From Octopus sinensis (taxonomy: Eukaryota): 64,000 nucleotides of DNA. The notes under the pieces were generated by a model. That model saw only the letters and a program-made list of their open reading frames with translations, did not search any database and was not told the DNA's origin. The stretch's first letter is position 1. Every line of letters starts with the position of its first letter. The stretch spans positions 1-64,000 of the forward strand of contig NW_021833251.1 of the NCBI RefSeq assembly GCF_006345805.1, written 5' to 3'. Below, one piece after another: positions 26,539 through 40,080 of this stretch. The translations under genes and the position numbers were made by a program.

Positions 26539-27069
26539 ACACACACACACACAAACATGCATGTGCATGTTTATACCAGTGTGCATGTGCATGAAGACAC
26601 GTTAGTTACGTGTAAACATTCTAGCTATAATCCCACTATTTTTTTTTTTTCTTAAGCAAATATTTCCTGATGAAGGGCATGTGTGTGCTTATGTGTATGC
26701 GTGTGTGTGAGAGGGGTTGCATGTGAGCGTGAGTAAGATGAATGCAAATATACGTGTGTACATATATAGATACACAAATGCGCACAGGCACACATCATAC
26801 GCATACATATGCATGCAATTTTTTTTCTATTTCCGAACAACCATTCTAACCTCCACTCCTTCTGTCATACTTCTTATACTCCATACTACTTGTACACAGC
26901 TTTCTCATTTACATTTGGATTCTTTTCATTCTCTCTTATTTAATCTCGATCTTTGCAGTAAATTCAGACAGTATAAACTGACCAAGCTACAAACAATTTA
27001 CATGGAAATGGTGCTATTTAGGTGTAATTATATAGTTTAAATACAAACTTAATAAGAACACAAGAAGAA

Positions 27070-27110
<41 letters not shown>

Positions 27111-27183
27111 ATGCACGGCAGACGAAATAAACTTGCGTTTGTTTCCATGCTAAAAAGAAAGTCAGAATGAACACATATATGTG

Positions 27184-27223
<40 letters not shown>

Positions 27224-27227
27224 TATG

Positions 27228-27258
<31 letters not shown>

Positions 27259-27796
27259 TGTATGTATGTATGTATGTATGTATGTGTGTGTGTGTGTGTT
27301 TGTATGCATGTACATTTGTAGGTATATTTATATACATATACACATGTGTATGTACATATATATATCTACATATATATATATACAGATATATATATAATGT
27401 ATATATATATATGTGTATACATGTATATATATATACATATTTGAATATATTTATATGTACATCTGTACACATACACACACAGATACACACATATACTATG
27501 TAATATATTTGCATAGATTCAATGTAAAGTTACACCTTTATTCCTAGAAACTTTAAACTTCGAGAATAATTCCTGTGCGAAACTTATTGGATTGCCGAGT
27601 ATCTATTTGAATTACAAAGTGAGACTCTTTGCAAGTGATTAATGTTGCAATGTATAAATATATACATGTTTGTGTGTGTATGTATTATATAAGTATGTTC
27701 ATATGTATATATATATAACATATATAGTTACATATATGTACATACACATTTACATATATGTATATATATATATCAATATGTATGTGTATGTCTTTA

Positions 27797-27843
<47 letters not shown>

Positions 27844-28116
27844 TTATATATATTGCATGTATATAATATATAAACGCAGATATATGTATGTATGCACATA
27901 CACACGGATATACACCTGGTAATACATACCCACTTTGCATTCTTAGTTCCACATGAAAATAAAGACGAACAGACATATTGCTTCATATGTGTGTATATGT
28001 GTGTATATGTGTGTGTATATGTCTGAGATGGTGTACGTTTGTGTTCTTCAGTATGCGTAAACATGTATGTGTGTGTATCATTAAATGCTTTTCATTTTTG
28101 TGCATATGTTGAATTC

Positions 28117-28157
<41 letters not shown>

Positions 28158-30329
28158 ATATATATATATATATATATACACATCGTTTACCAAGTATGTA
28201 TAAACGTGTGTATAGATTTCTGAAACCTGGCGAGATGAATATAACCTCTTTTGGCCAAACAGAATATAAGACTGTCATTTGTAATTAGTTTTTACTGCTA
28301 GAAGACACGTGAAACGCGTTACCATAGAGGAGAAAAATTTGTTACTTCTCGTCTCTTATCGCTACTTTTGGCATTAGATTAACAATTACACTGACCGTTT
28401 CTTGTTTCAATGCCAGAGACGTGTTTATTTCTTTGGTAAGGTCTCCTATATCGATTTCTTACGCCAAAATGTTTATTAGAAGAAGCCAGTCGCTAGCCTC
28501 AAAGGGTATTAGATACATAGGTAATAAAGATAGTTTCGTTTAAAATAAGAAAATACGCAATATTCTATCGAATGAATATAGCTTAAGAAACAAGAAATAA
28601 GAAATAAGTTGGTGATGGGCGAGACATCCGGATTTGAAACATAGCTCCGACACACGAAGTTGATCGAGTACATATATATATGTATATATATATATATATG
28701 TATGTATATGGGGAGTTGTGTGTGTGTGCATATATGTGTTTGTGCGTGTGAGTTTGTGTGTATTTGAGTATGCATCTAATAACGTATTTACTTATGATAG
28801 ACATACCACCACGCAGACGAATATATATACATCTATATGTATCTATATCTATCTATCTAGCTAGCAATCCCCCTCTCTCTCTGTCTTTCTCTCTCTCTCC
28901 ACCCCCACACACACACGCAAACACACATACGCGTACACACACGCACACATACACACGCACATACACATATATATATACTTTATTAATTTATTAATAAAGC
29001 ATATTACTCTACCTCTGGTATTCGAGTACTCTTTCTTCCACCTTGTTTCGCATTTATGTGATTACTCTGGTATATATATATGATATATATGATATAAAAT
29101 AAATTATTATTAAGACCGTTTCATTATTTTTTAGAATACTCTCATCTGAATTCTCTAATGAAGGATTAAGGAATAACTAATCATTTTGATGAATAAATAC
29201 ATTTGAGCTAATTTAGTAATTGAGTCATTTGACTCTGCTTTGGCTATGAAGACGTACCATTAATTACATGTGTTTGTTTGAATGCGTTTGAACGTGTGTG
29301 TATGCGTGTGTATTTGTGTGTATGTATAATAGTGTATTTTGTTGATTTCGAGGCTTGAGCACCCAGTTGTTTAACAAACTGGGTGACTTACTTGTTACAT
29401 CAGTTTCTAAAATGGCTTTTATCAGGACTTTAATGTCAAAGATTTCCTTCCAATGTTTTATATACAACTGAAGCTTATTCGGTGACAAGTCTTATATATG
29501 ATGATGCCTGTCGATACGAGGTCCATCTTTTATATAAGTATAACAAGGATATGGTGAGATAAGTATCATAGAGGAAAAGATTGATTGCCCTTTTCATGCC
29601 ACCCTCTTAACAATCTTGAAATTGACGTCAAGCCTAGGAATCGATGCAAGTATGCAGAGCATTCGACGATTCTCAAAAATTGCCACCGCATCGAGACTGG
29701 TCTTTTGTAAAACTATAAACGGCTTCATACACGTGCCTCCTGGAACAAGACTTAACGTCATTATACTGTTCTTCTGGCTTATCGTAAAACAAAAAGCGTT
29801 GCAGGGCAACTGGAGGTGGACTAGCTCTGAGTGAGTCTCAAGGTAACAATAGTCACATGCAATATATCATTAAAAATAACAAACGTACATCCACATATGC
29901 ATATATATATATATGCATCTGTATGTTCACGTACATAATAATGTCCTGATCAAGAAAAATAATGCTAATTAATTCATCAGCGTTCATCATGATTGTTTTT
30001 CAAGAAAAATGTCAAAGAAAACTAGAATATAAACTTATTAAAACTCAGACATTGATAAACAGTGAGGAGTGAGTCAAATATTTCGTATCTAAGTTGATAA
30101 CTCGTACCTTATTTCTGTCTTATTCAGATCTTTTTAGATAAACATTTTCTAAAACGCACTTATCAAGCCATAGAACGACTAAGTGGATAACTCTTTTATG
30201 AGCTAATTATCCTTCAATTTGCCAATCTAAAACAGATATGCGACATTTACTGCCAAAATTAAGAGTATTCAAGAGAATTTTTGAAGATTATTAGTCTTGA
30301 ATGGGAAGTCCACGTATTCATATTGGAAG

Positions 30330-30485
30330 CAGATCTTGTCAGTTCTATGTTTCGGACAACAAGGGAATTACAATATAAGGTCGACCATAATTGAGTTTTG
30401 TCTGCGAGAAATAGTAATGTGCACTGGCTGTGCCCCAGCATGGCCGCAGCCTTTCACTTGAAACACGTAAAGGAATAAAAGAATA
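30330..30485 (+). mobile_element. Decayed LINE-like 3' end sharing the SINE-A tail motif
   Basis: GTGCCCCAGCATGGCCGCAGCC...GAAACACGTAAAGG tail preceded by a decayed reading frame. Confidence 0.4.
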
Positions 30486-31169
30486 TATTACTGTCATACG
30501 GAAGGTAGAGCAGTGATACAGAACAAGCTCTGTTTCAAACACTTTGAAATGTTGTTTACTATTAAGACACTGTAACATAAAAGCGATGCGCCTACAAAAT
30601 AATCATTGCAGAAAGGTTGTATATTCCAAAAATGAAAGTATGTAAAAGATAATTCGAAACTGAATGATATCCTTCGTCAATATTTGTGGAAAGGTTTCAC
30701 TGTGTTCTGAATCAGAAACCGATTCATAGATAGGTTTATGTATGAGACTGCGGTTAATGGATTTCCAGAGGAAGCACTGAGTATACAAAGATGGTTAGAA
30801 AATGCATTCAGTGTGTAAAGAGAAGAAGAAGAAGATTAATATCATCTGGTGGGATTTATCTAATAGTTGAGACTTTGTTGCTCATAACTTTCAGAAATTT
30901 GCACGAAGGTTGCTCAGGGTTCCTAAGTTGGTCAGAAATATGTAGTGGAACCACAATGGGCAGATCAATGTGAGGCAATCAATGTACTCGTACACCACGG
31001 AAGGGGTGTCCCAGCAAAGAAAACTCCTTTACTGACGGCAGGTTTTGCAGGATTACGTTTGATGAATTCTGGAGCGAATTGTTGGATTATCATTTTGTCT
31101 TTGGCATAGTCACTAAAATATATATCACTGCGTACTATACTATATATATATACTATATACTATATATAT

Positions 31170-31209
<40 letters not shown>

Positions 31210-31303
31210 CTATATATATATATACTATGTATATTGTGCGTGTGTGTATGTGTATGTTTATCGAGCCTTGGAAAATATCCTGTTTTAGGATGGAATGTGG
31301 TAG

Positions 31304-31373
<70 letters not shown>

Positions 31374-31483
31374 ACGACGGGGTTGGAGCAAGCGGAAGAG
31401 GAGGTAGTGAAAAGAATATGAAGACTGTAAAGACTGAATGCAATCTCTTCTCTATCTTACTGGCACTCACATTACCATTTATC

Positions 31484-31533
<50 letters not shown>

Positions 31534-32227
31534 CTCCCAGCCTACCATTTCTCTCACTTTCCCTCAATCTCTCTTTGTTTGTTGGGAACTGTCAAACAAG
31601 GAATGCAATGTAAATCTTTCTTCCATTGTGAAATTAGTCTTCAAATCGTAAAATCTAAACGTTAATTCACTCTAGAGTTTTTGTTGTTGTTTTTGTATCC
31701 AAAAATCCTTTTTTTTTAATTACTTTTTTTTCCATGTATTCTTTTAATTTTCTTTGCTGTTCTTTTGTTTTTTAAATTTTCATCAAGATAAACATTTGAA
31801 GAAAAAAAAATCAGATTTAGCTTTTGACCTCCGCCATCGATCTCTTTATCGATAATCATTGTATGAGGAGTAAACCAAATATAATTTAGGGATTTTTAGA
31901 AAATTACTTTAAAATAATCCGGTTATTTATTTATGTGTGTGTGTGTGTTCATATTTATAAAATACATGCACATATAGGCATACACACACATATATATATA
32001 TACATATCATACATACATATATATATATATATGATATATATATATATATATACACACAGACACTCACATATATATACACACATATATTGTTGTATGTATG
32101 TATAGAAGATTTTATGTGTGTGTGTCACTCTGCTATGTGTATGTATAAACATGTATGAATGCACGTGTATATGTATGTTTTTGCATGACCTTTTTCGAGT
32201 ATATTTGTGTGAATGCATATACATATA

Positions 32228-32281
<54 letters not shown>

Positions 32282-32333
32282 AAATACATTTCCGTACATA
32301 GATACATAGACACATACAGACTGATACGTGCAC

Positions 32334-32387
<54 letters not shown>

Positions 32388-32389
32388 GC

Positions 32390-32423
<34 letters not shown>

Positions 32424-33227
32424 TTCTATCTAATATATGTGTGCACGTGTGTATTATGAGTGTGTTAGCGCGTGTGTCTCTTGGTGTATGTTTGTACTTA
32501 CATGAATGAACAATCTCTGTACGCTTGTGTGTTTCAGTGAATAAAATATTAGTCACAGCACCTAGTTGAATTGTGAAAATATTTTCTCGTGTAGAAAAAC
32601 AAAATGCATTCTTTGGACAGAATCTATAATGGAATTGTATTCTCTACAAATGAAGTTACTATGTTGTTTATTCTTAATAGTAGCATGTCACGTGATATTT
32701 CCTGTGGAGATTTATTTAACAATGATTCCTAAATTTGACCAAATTTTGACCAAATTTATTATTTGCTGCCGTTGTTGTGAGTATTGTTATTTGCCATTTT
32801 GGGGTTTATTTTTTGATGTTTTTTATTTTGCTCTTCCTTTTGTTGAGTTTTCATTATTTTCTTAGTTTCTTTTATATTTGTTGTTTATTTTTGGTTCGAT
32901 TTGTTAGTATTATTCTCTATGTGGGTGGAAGTCTTTGTCTTCTTTTTTTTTTTTCATTTCTATATTTCTATATAGTGAGATGGCAATTGTGTTTGTTACT
33001 TGACATTCATAAAGTTCCTTGAACTGAGAACTAAATGATCGAATTATCGATTATACCGAGTACATTGTATTATTAATTTTCAACGAGGAACCAATCATTT
33101 TTTAGTTATATGAGCAATAATTACTTCTGAATTTGCCCCAAAGACACAAATCAGATCGAAGAGAATTTATCAATTTAACGAACCTCAATGCTTAACACTT
33201 CCCCGCCCTCGTACTTATTTGATCGGG

Positions 33228-33545
33228 CTGACCAAAGCCCTGTGAGTGGATTTGGTAGACGGAAACTGAAAGAAGCCCGTCGTATATATGTATATATATA
33301 TATGTATATATATATATGTGTATGTATATGTTTGTGTGTCTATATTTGTCCCCCCCAACATCGCTTGTCAACCGATGCTAGTGTTTTTACGCCCCCGTAA
33401 CTTAGCGGTTCGGTAAAAGAGAACGATAGAATAAGTACTAGGCTTACAAAGAATAAGATCTGAGGTCGATTTGCTCGACTAAAGGCGGTACTCCAGCATG
33501 GCCACAGTCAAATGACTGAAACAAGTAAAAGAGTAAAAGAGAGAG
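33228..33545 (+). mobile_element. SINE family A, 5' truncated
   Basis: Matches family A from GACCAAAGCCCTGTGAGTGG to the tail. Confidence 0.9.
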
Positions 33546-33621
33546 AGAGATCGGCTGGGCAGGTTTTAAGCAAGAATGACTGCAACAGCAAAAACAACAG
33601 CAGCAACAACAACAGCAGCAG

Positions 33622-33998
33622 TGGAGGCGCAATAGCCCAGTGGTTAGGGCAGCGGACTCGCGGTCGGAGGATCGCGGCTTCGATTCCCAGACCGCGCGTT
33701 GTGTGTGTTTATTGAGCGAAGACACCTAAAGCTCCACGAGGCTCCGGCAGGGGGTGGTGGCGACCCCTGTTGTACTCTTTCGCCCCAACTTTCTCTCACT
33801 CTTTCTTCCTGTTTCTTGTCCCCGACTTCCTACGCCACCGCTGAGCCTGGATGTGCATTCATCCATCCGTCGATGCTCTCGGTGTCGGGGGTTGACCTGC
33901 GTTCCCTTCTGCGGGTCTTACGAATAGCAAAGGACCACGTTTCGGACTTCTCCCACTATCTAGGACGAAGACCGCTTTGCTAAACACACAAACAAACA
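33622..33998 (+). mobile_element. tRNA-derived SINE family C with 11-bp TSD
   Basis: tRNA-like head TAGCCCAGTGG...GCTTCGATTCCC; AACAGCAGCAG duplicated at 33611-33621 and 33999-34009; (CAAA)n tail. Confidence 0.9.
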
Positions 33999-34200
33999 AA
34001 CAGCAGCAGCAATGATCGTAATATGCTGATGAGGGTTGCTTTGTGATAGAATACATAATACATCTTCATCAAAATATAGACATACAATTTCCGAAAAATA
34101 GATAAAAATCAGGAGGTTCACAGCTAGATCATCATTCACTATTTGTCTATTGAACTAGCGCTGAGGTGGTACGAAAAAATAATAAAACCTCAATGCAATT

Positions 34201-34233
<33 letters not shown>

Positions 34234-34435
34234 TAGTAGTAGTAGTAGGGGAGGAGGACAGCAGCAGCTTCGTTTTACAAAATGTATGTCATTGAATAAG
34301 TCCGAAATAAAATAGATTTCGTGAGATAATAGTTTTCTTTTATATTTAGAATTTTCTTACAAAAGAAGTGATTTGGAAATCTTGTTGAGAAAAGCAACTA
34401 TGAAGACTTTTAACTAGAACTGATACAAATATATA

Positions 34436-34489
<54 letters not shown>

Positions 34490-34558
34490 TATATATATAT
34501 GTATGTATATATAGATATGTATATATATATATGTTATATATATATATTATATATATAT

Positions 34559-34606
<48 letters not shown>

Positions 34607-34757
34607 ATCTAATTTTTTTTCTTTTACTACGTCTCTTATGGATCAATGTATAGTTTCTATCTCCGCTGTTCGTATCTTATTACAAACCCAGCACCTCTTT
34701 TTATCTAACTGAGGTCGTACTGTTTTGTCTCTAATCAAAAAGAATACATCTGGGCCC

Positions 34758-35200
34758 GAACAAGGGGTGGTGAATATGTTTCGAATGCTTTTGATCAAAG
34801 CTGTTGCATGATCAGTTTTCTTTTAGGCTAAACAATAGTAACAAAAATAATTTTTCCTTCAACAACATTTCACATGAAATATTCAGTACTAAATGCCTCA
34901 TACTTTAGTACGCTGCAAATGTAGGTCCCACATCCCCACCCCACAAGTGACTATCTGGTTAAAGCACGTAAAGTAAAGCCGCTTGATAAAGATTTTTCCC
35001 TGAATTCCGCTGTGCAAGCGCACCAAGTCTTAACGTTGTAGCTCAGTTTCTTTGTTTACAGCAATGCTTGGAAGGAACAAGTGTAACATGTGATCGTCGC
35101 ATTGATCATGACAGAGAAAAGCGAGCAGAGAATGGGCATCAAATTTACCCAAAGGCTTGGCGATACTTGCTCAGAGGCCTACGCCAAGTTTTCAAAACGT
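34758..35200 (+). mobile_element. Mariner 5' fragment
   Basis: TIR-like start, then MTEK.EQRMGIKF...GDTCSEAYAKF across frameshifts. Confidence 0.6.
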
Positions 35201-35802
35201 TTGCATTTTTCTCGACACTGTCAACATCTTGTGTAACTGAAACCCGACTGTCTTTTTGGTCAGCTGAAAGTGGTTTTCGCACAAACTTGGCAGACACGCG
35301 TCTCATACCCAAATCTTCAGTGATGATAAACTGAACTGTAACTATTCTGCACATCCTCTGATAACTCACGGATGGTGATTCGACGATTTCCTCTCACATT
35401 TGCACGCATATCCGCGATTTCCTTTCTCACTTCTACTGGTTGCGGGTCTCCAAGAACGTTCGTCAACATCGACATTTTTTCGGCCAATTTGGAAACGTCT
35501 GTAACAATCATACGCTCGTGTGCGGCTCATACACTCCGCTCCATATACTCTCTGCAATTTTGCGTGGTCTCTGGGCAGGTATCACCATGACAACTTTCTG
35601 TCATGATCGATGTGGCGATCACATGCTACACACCTTCCTTCGAAGCACTGCTGCAAACAGCGGAAGTAAGCTAGAATGTTAAAACTTAGTGTGCATGCAC
35701 AGCAGAATTTGAAGTTAATCTCTGCCAAGCAGCTTTGCTCTGTGTGCTTTAACTTCTTTACTATGGCAACAGTCCATATACATATTGATCAGACCCCGTA
35801 TA
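35201..35802 (-). mobile_element. Mariner 5' fragment (HTH to WVPxxL region)
   Basis: QRVYGAECMSRTRAYDCYRRFQIGRKNVDVDERSWRPATS, RRITIRELSED, LGMRRVSAKFVRKPLSADQK; TIR-like end ...GATCAGACCCCGTATA. Confidence 0.85.
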
Positions 35803-35830
35803 CACACACACACACACACACATGTATATG

Positions 35831-35925
<95 letters not shown>

Positions 35926-36037
35926 TCAACCGTGACTGACCAGGCTATCAGATTTGCTGCACATCGCTGGTCACAATGTGCTTCGCATTGGCTTTAGCTT
36001 TCAAATGACGCCACCCCGCTTGCTAAGCGAGCAGGCC

Positions 36038-36072
<35 letters not shown>

Positions 36073-36589
36073 ATATATATATGCGCATGTATGTATGTGT
36101 GTAGACGAGACGAGTTTTTTCTAGTTTCCTTCTGTCAAATCTATTCACAAATCTCTGGCGGCCCAGGGCTACAGTAGAAGACACTTGCCCAAAGTACCGT
36201 ACAATGAGATGGAACCCAAGACCACAAGACTCGTAAAGAAGCCTCTCACCACAGAGCCATCAATGTTATACTTTCTCTTTCTTATCCCCTTACTCCTATT
36301 TGTAAAGACAGCGGATGCTGGCAAATCTCTTCTCTGCACGGCACCGATATTGTTCCAGAAAATCTCTACTTAAGGACCGCTCATAATGATTGTCATCAGA
36401 ACGCAAAGGGCTAGAAGAGGTACTTGGTAGCTTGTTCTTAAAGTTCCGCTAATCTACCGGATCGGCACGGTTGGATCAATCACTTTTGACCATATGTCTG
36501 GTAGATCACAAATGATGTAAGTAGAAACAATAAGAAATAAGATAGTTAAGGCAACGGTAACACTTTCACAAGTAACAGCAGCTATATAG

Positions 36590-36689
36590 CAGTAGCAGTA
36601 GTGGTAGTGGCAGCAGCAACAGTGGCAGTGCCTGCAGCGGCAGCTTTAGAACCAGCAGCAGCAACGGTAGCAGCAACAGCAGCAGCAGC

Positions 36690-36733
<44 letters not shown>

Positions 36734-36990
36734 GAGGAGTAGGAGGAGCGGAAGGAGTCGTAGTAGTATGAGGAGGAGAAGGAGGATGGGAGGAGGAGGC
36801 GGAAGGAGAAGGGCGGAGGAAGAGGGGAAGGGGAGGGGAGGAGGAGAAGAAGGGTATGGATGAGAAGGAGAAGGATAGGGGGAGCAGAGGGAGGAAGTTT
36901 AGTGAAAGGATTAGGCTGATGATGATGACGAGGATGAGGAAGAGGGGTACTAGGAGGATTAGGAGGAGGAGGAGGAGGAAAAGGATAAGA
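36590..36990. repeat. Compound AGC/AGT/GGA purine-rich low-complexity tract
   Basis: Direct inspection. Confidence 0.9.
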
Positions 36991-37275
36991 TCAGATGGAG
37001 GAGTTATATTTATATATATATATTATATATATATGTGTGTGTGTGTGTGTGTGCGTGTGCTAGCTAGTAGAATTGCTTTCATTTATAGCATTCATAATTT
37101 CCCCTACCCCACATGCATTTCAATTTTGCAATCCATTTTAACAATCTACCAATCTTATAATCTTCTTTCATTCCATTCTTTCTATAATCTGTTCTTCGTA
37201 ATCAACTCTAGTAAATTTCTAAGCCACCTATCGTTTCTCCAGAACTGACAATTTCAAAAATATATTCGCATAATC

Positions 37276-37310
<35 letters not shown>

Positions 37311-37363
37311 ATATAACATATATAGATATCATATATAGATATATATATATACATATTATATAG

Positions 37364-37403
<40 letters not shown>

Positions 37404-39664
37404 TGTATGTATGTAAGAATGGATGTATGATAAAGAAAACTACGGATATACTTATAATATAGAAATATTAATCTCTATGTCCATTATTTATTGAGCCGAT
37501 AGTCTTATGATTGATTCTCTTGTAATCCGTTGATCTTAGGATCATTTAATTTATTCTTTTAATCTCTCAATATCAAATATTTGTAATCCATTCTCTAAGT
37601 CAATCAACTTTATAATTATTCATCATCGTCGTCGTCAGGACCCCCGATGAAACTAATACGTCTTCATCTTCCTGTATCCTTTGTATTTATAATATTAATA
37701 TACATACATCTCCATGGAATGTAATACTCTTAGCTTATTTTTCCTTGGGGCTGGCCAGATTGGAGCAATCTCGAGTATAACCAGCCAAAATTGCAAAGAT
37801 AGTCTGGAACTCGACTGAGGATACAAAACTCCTAATGATCCGTCCTTGTTTTCCTTGTATCGTCTGCCTGGATATTTTGTCTTCCTTTTTTTGTTTCACC
37901 AAACTGTTTGGATGTTTTGCGTTCTTGCCCCATTTTTGTATTTTTTATATATAAAATATAGTGGCGTACTTACACTCTGCTCTCTTATATATAAGTATAT
38001 ATATCTAAATTTTGTACAATATATGTGTTGTTCTTTGTATTCTTTCATTCTTTCCTTCTTTCTTTCAGCCCTTTCACACTTCGTTCATTCCACTCCTCGT
38101 TCTTTCGTTTCCCCTCTCTCACATTTCCTGGCCTTCACTTCATGCTCAATTTCCCTCTTTCACTTCATTGTGTCTTTAATTTTTTCTCGCTCCTACTTAA
38201 TTCTTCCATCCTTCTGCCTCTACTACCTCTACTACCTCTATGTCTTCTCTCTCCATGTGGCCGGTGTTCGGCCAGGCCTGACCTTTCTTTCTTGGTTGGA
38301 CTACTGTTGTTTTGCGTTCTTGTCCCATTTTGTATTATTTATATATCAGATGGTTAACAGGGATATATTATCCTAGTGGGTAATGTGCTCGCACTTACTG
38401 GTTTGCAGCGGAAACGCGCGTAGGTTCTGACAAAAAAGATGTGATCAAATGTATAACAAAACTTGAATCCTGTAAATCTCTGTTCTCCTGTGCATATTTG
38501 TGCATACTTATATATAGATGACAAGCTTCTTTCAGTTTCCATCTACCAAATACACTCAGAAGGCACTGTCCGCCCCAGGCTATCGATTCATCACATCAAG
38601 TACTGTTACCTGCACACACGGGTTGACTAACTGATATCTTGTAATTTTTTTTTTTGTGTAATTTGGTGAATGAAGAGTGATATCAGTGGCCATTTAAAGG
38701 CCATCTTCGAATGACGGGCGGCCAGGAGGAACGAACCATGGCTCACAGATTGCTACAGAAAAAGCCAGCATATCAGAACATCTGTTTATCATCAGATCAT
38801 AAGACCTCATCCGACTGTAAACATCAGAGATCTTTTGGTTAAAGATGCCAGAGGGTCAAGTGTTTTTGTTAAAGTGGTCTACTTATTAAGGTTGTGTGGA
38901 CAACAAGCTCGCTTTACAACCGTGTGGTCTCTGTTTTAATTGTACTGCATTTCACCTTTTGCAAGTGCCTTGTTCTATAGCCTCAGGCCGACCAATGCCT
39001 TGGGAGCGAATTTAATTGAAGGAAACTGTGTTGAAGGCTGTAGTATATGTGAATGTGATGTGTATATATGTATGTGTGCGTTTTGTGTTTGTGTTTGTTC
39101 CACTCACCACTTGACAAATGCTGTTGATTTGTTATCGTCCTTGTATCTTAGAAGTTCACGGTCCAGCAAACAAGATCAATAGAATAAGCATATGACTTCA
39201 AAAATAAAATAAATACTGCGGTCAATCTGTCCGACGAAGACGCTTCAAAGGGCACCCTAACACTTCTACTGTAGAATTACTGAAGTATGTAAAAGAGAAA
39301 TGATTAAATGTATCACATAGTAACCTCCTACAATCAATTCGACGAGCATTCATACCGTTTCTGACTGTTACACAATTTCGCCCTCAAGACCCAGGTTACT
39401 CGAAACTAAAGTAGATTCCTAACTCAGGTGCTTCAATGTAAGCTTGAACCTAAGCGCAAATCTAAAGCCAATGTTTTAACCATACGGTAGCCAAAGCTGC
39501 ACTAAAATCGTTAGAAAACACTGCAATGCTAGATACTAATTGTCGATATCTATTAACTGATAGCGTTGTTGCCAACCAATTGTTCCCAAATTCAAGGTCT
39601 CAATTTGCTGATAGAACCAGACTTACTACTTTATGTAATTAATGGGACAAGAAGATTATATCAA

Positions 39665-40080
39665 AAGGCGGCGAGCTGGCAGAAACGTTAGCTCACCGGG
39701 CGAAATGCTTAGCATCATTTCGTCTGCTGTTACGTTCTGAGTTCAAATTCCGCCGAGGTCGACTTTGCCTTTCATCCATTCGACGTCGATAACTTAAGTA
39801 CCAATTACGCACTGGGTTCGATGTAATCGACTTAATCCGTTTGTCTGTCCTTGTTTGTCCCCTCTATGTTTAGCCCCTTGTGGGTAATAAAGGAACTGGT
39901 ATTTCGTCTGCAGTTACGTTCTGAGTTCAAATTCCGCCGAGGTCGACTTTGCCTTTCATCCATTCGACGTCGATAAATTAAGTACCAGTTACGCACTGGG
40001 TTCGATGTAATCGACTTAATCCGTTTGTCTGTCCTTGTTTGTCCCCTCTGTGTTTAGCCCCTTGTGAGCAATAAAGAAAT
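39665..40080 (+). mobile_element. SINE family B with internal tandem duplication, one 16-bp TSD
   Basis: Full copy followed by a second copy starting mid-head; AAGAAGATTATATCAA at 39649-39664 and 40081-40096. Confidence 0.9.

Noticed and set aside
29560-29850. Protein-like frames (ALQRFLFYDKPEEQYNDVKSCSRRHVYEAV on the minus strand)
   Set aside because: Short, bounded by stops, with no recognisable family or convincing splice pair; may be an old transposon fragment.
33622-33700. tRNA gene (also 47530-47605 and the heads of families A and B)
   Set aside because: A/B boxes are present, but there is no proper acceptor stem; the heads continue into SINE bodies bounded by TSDs.
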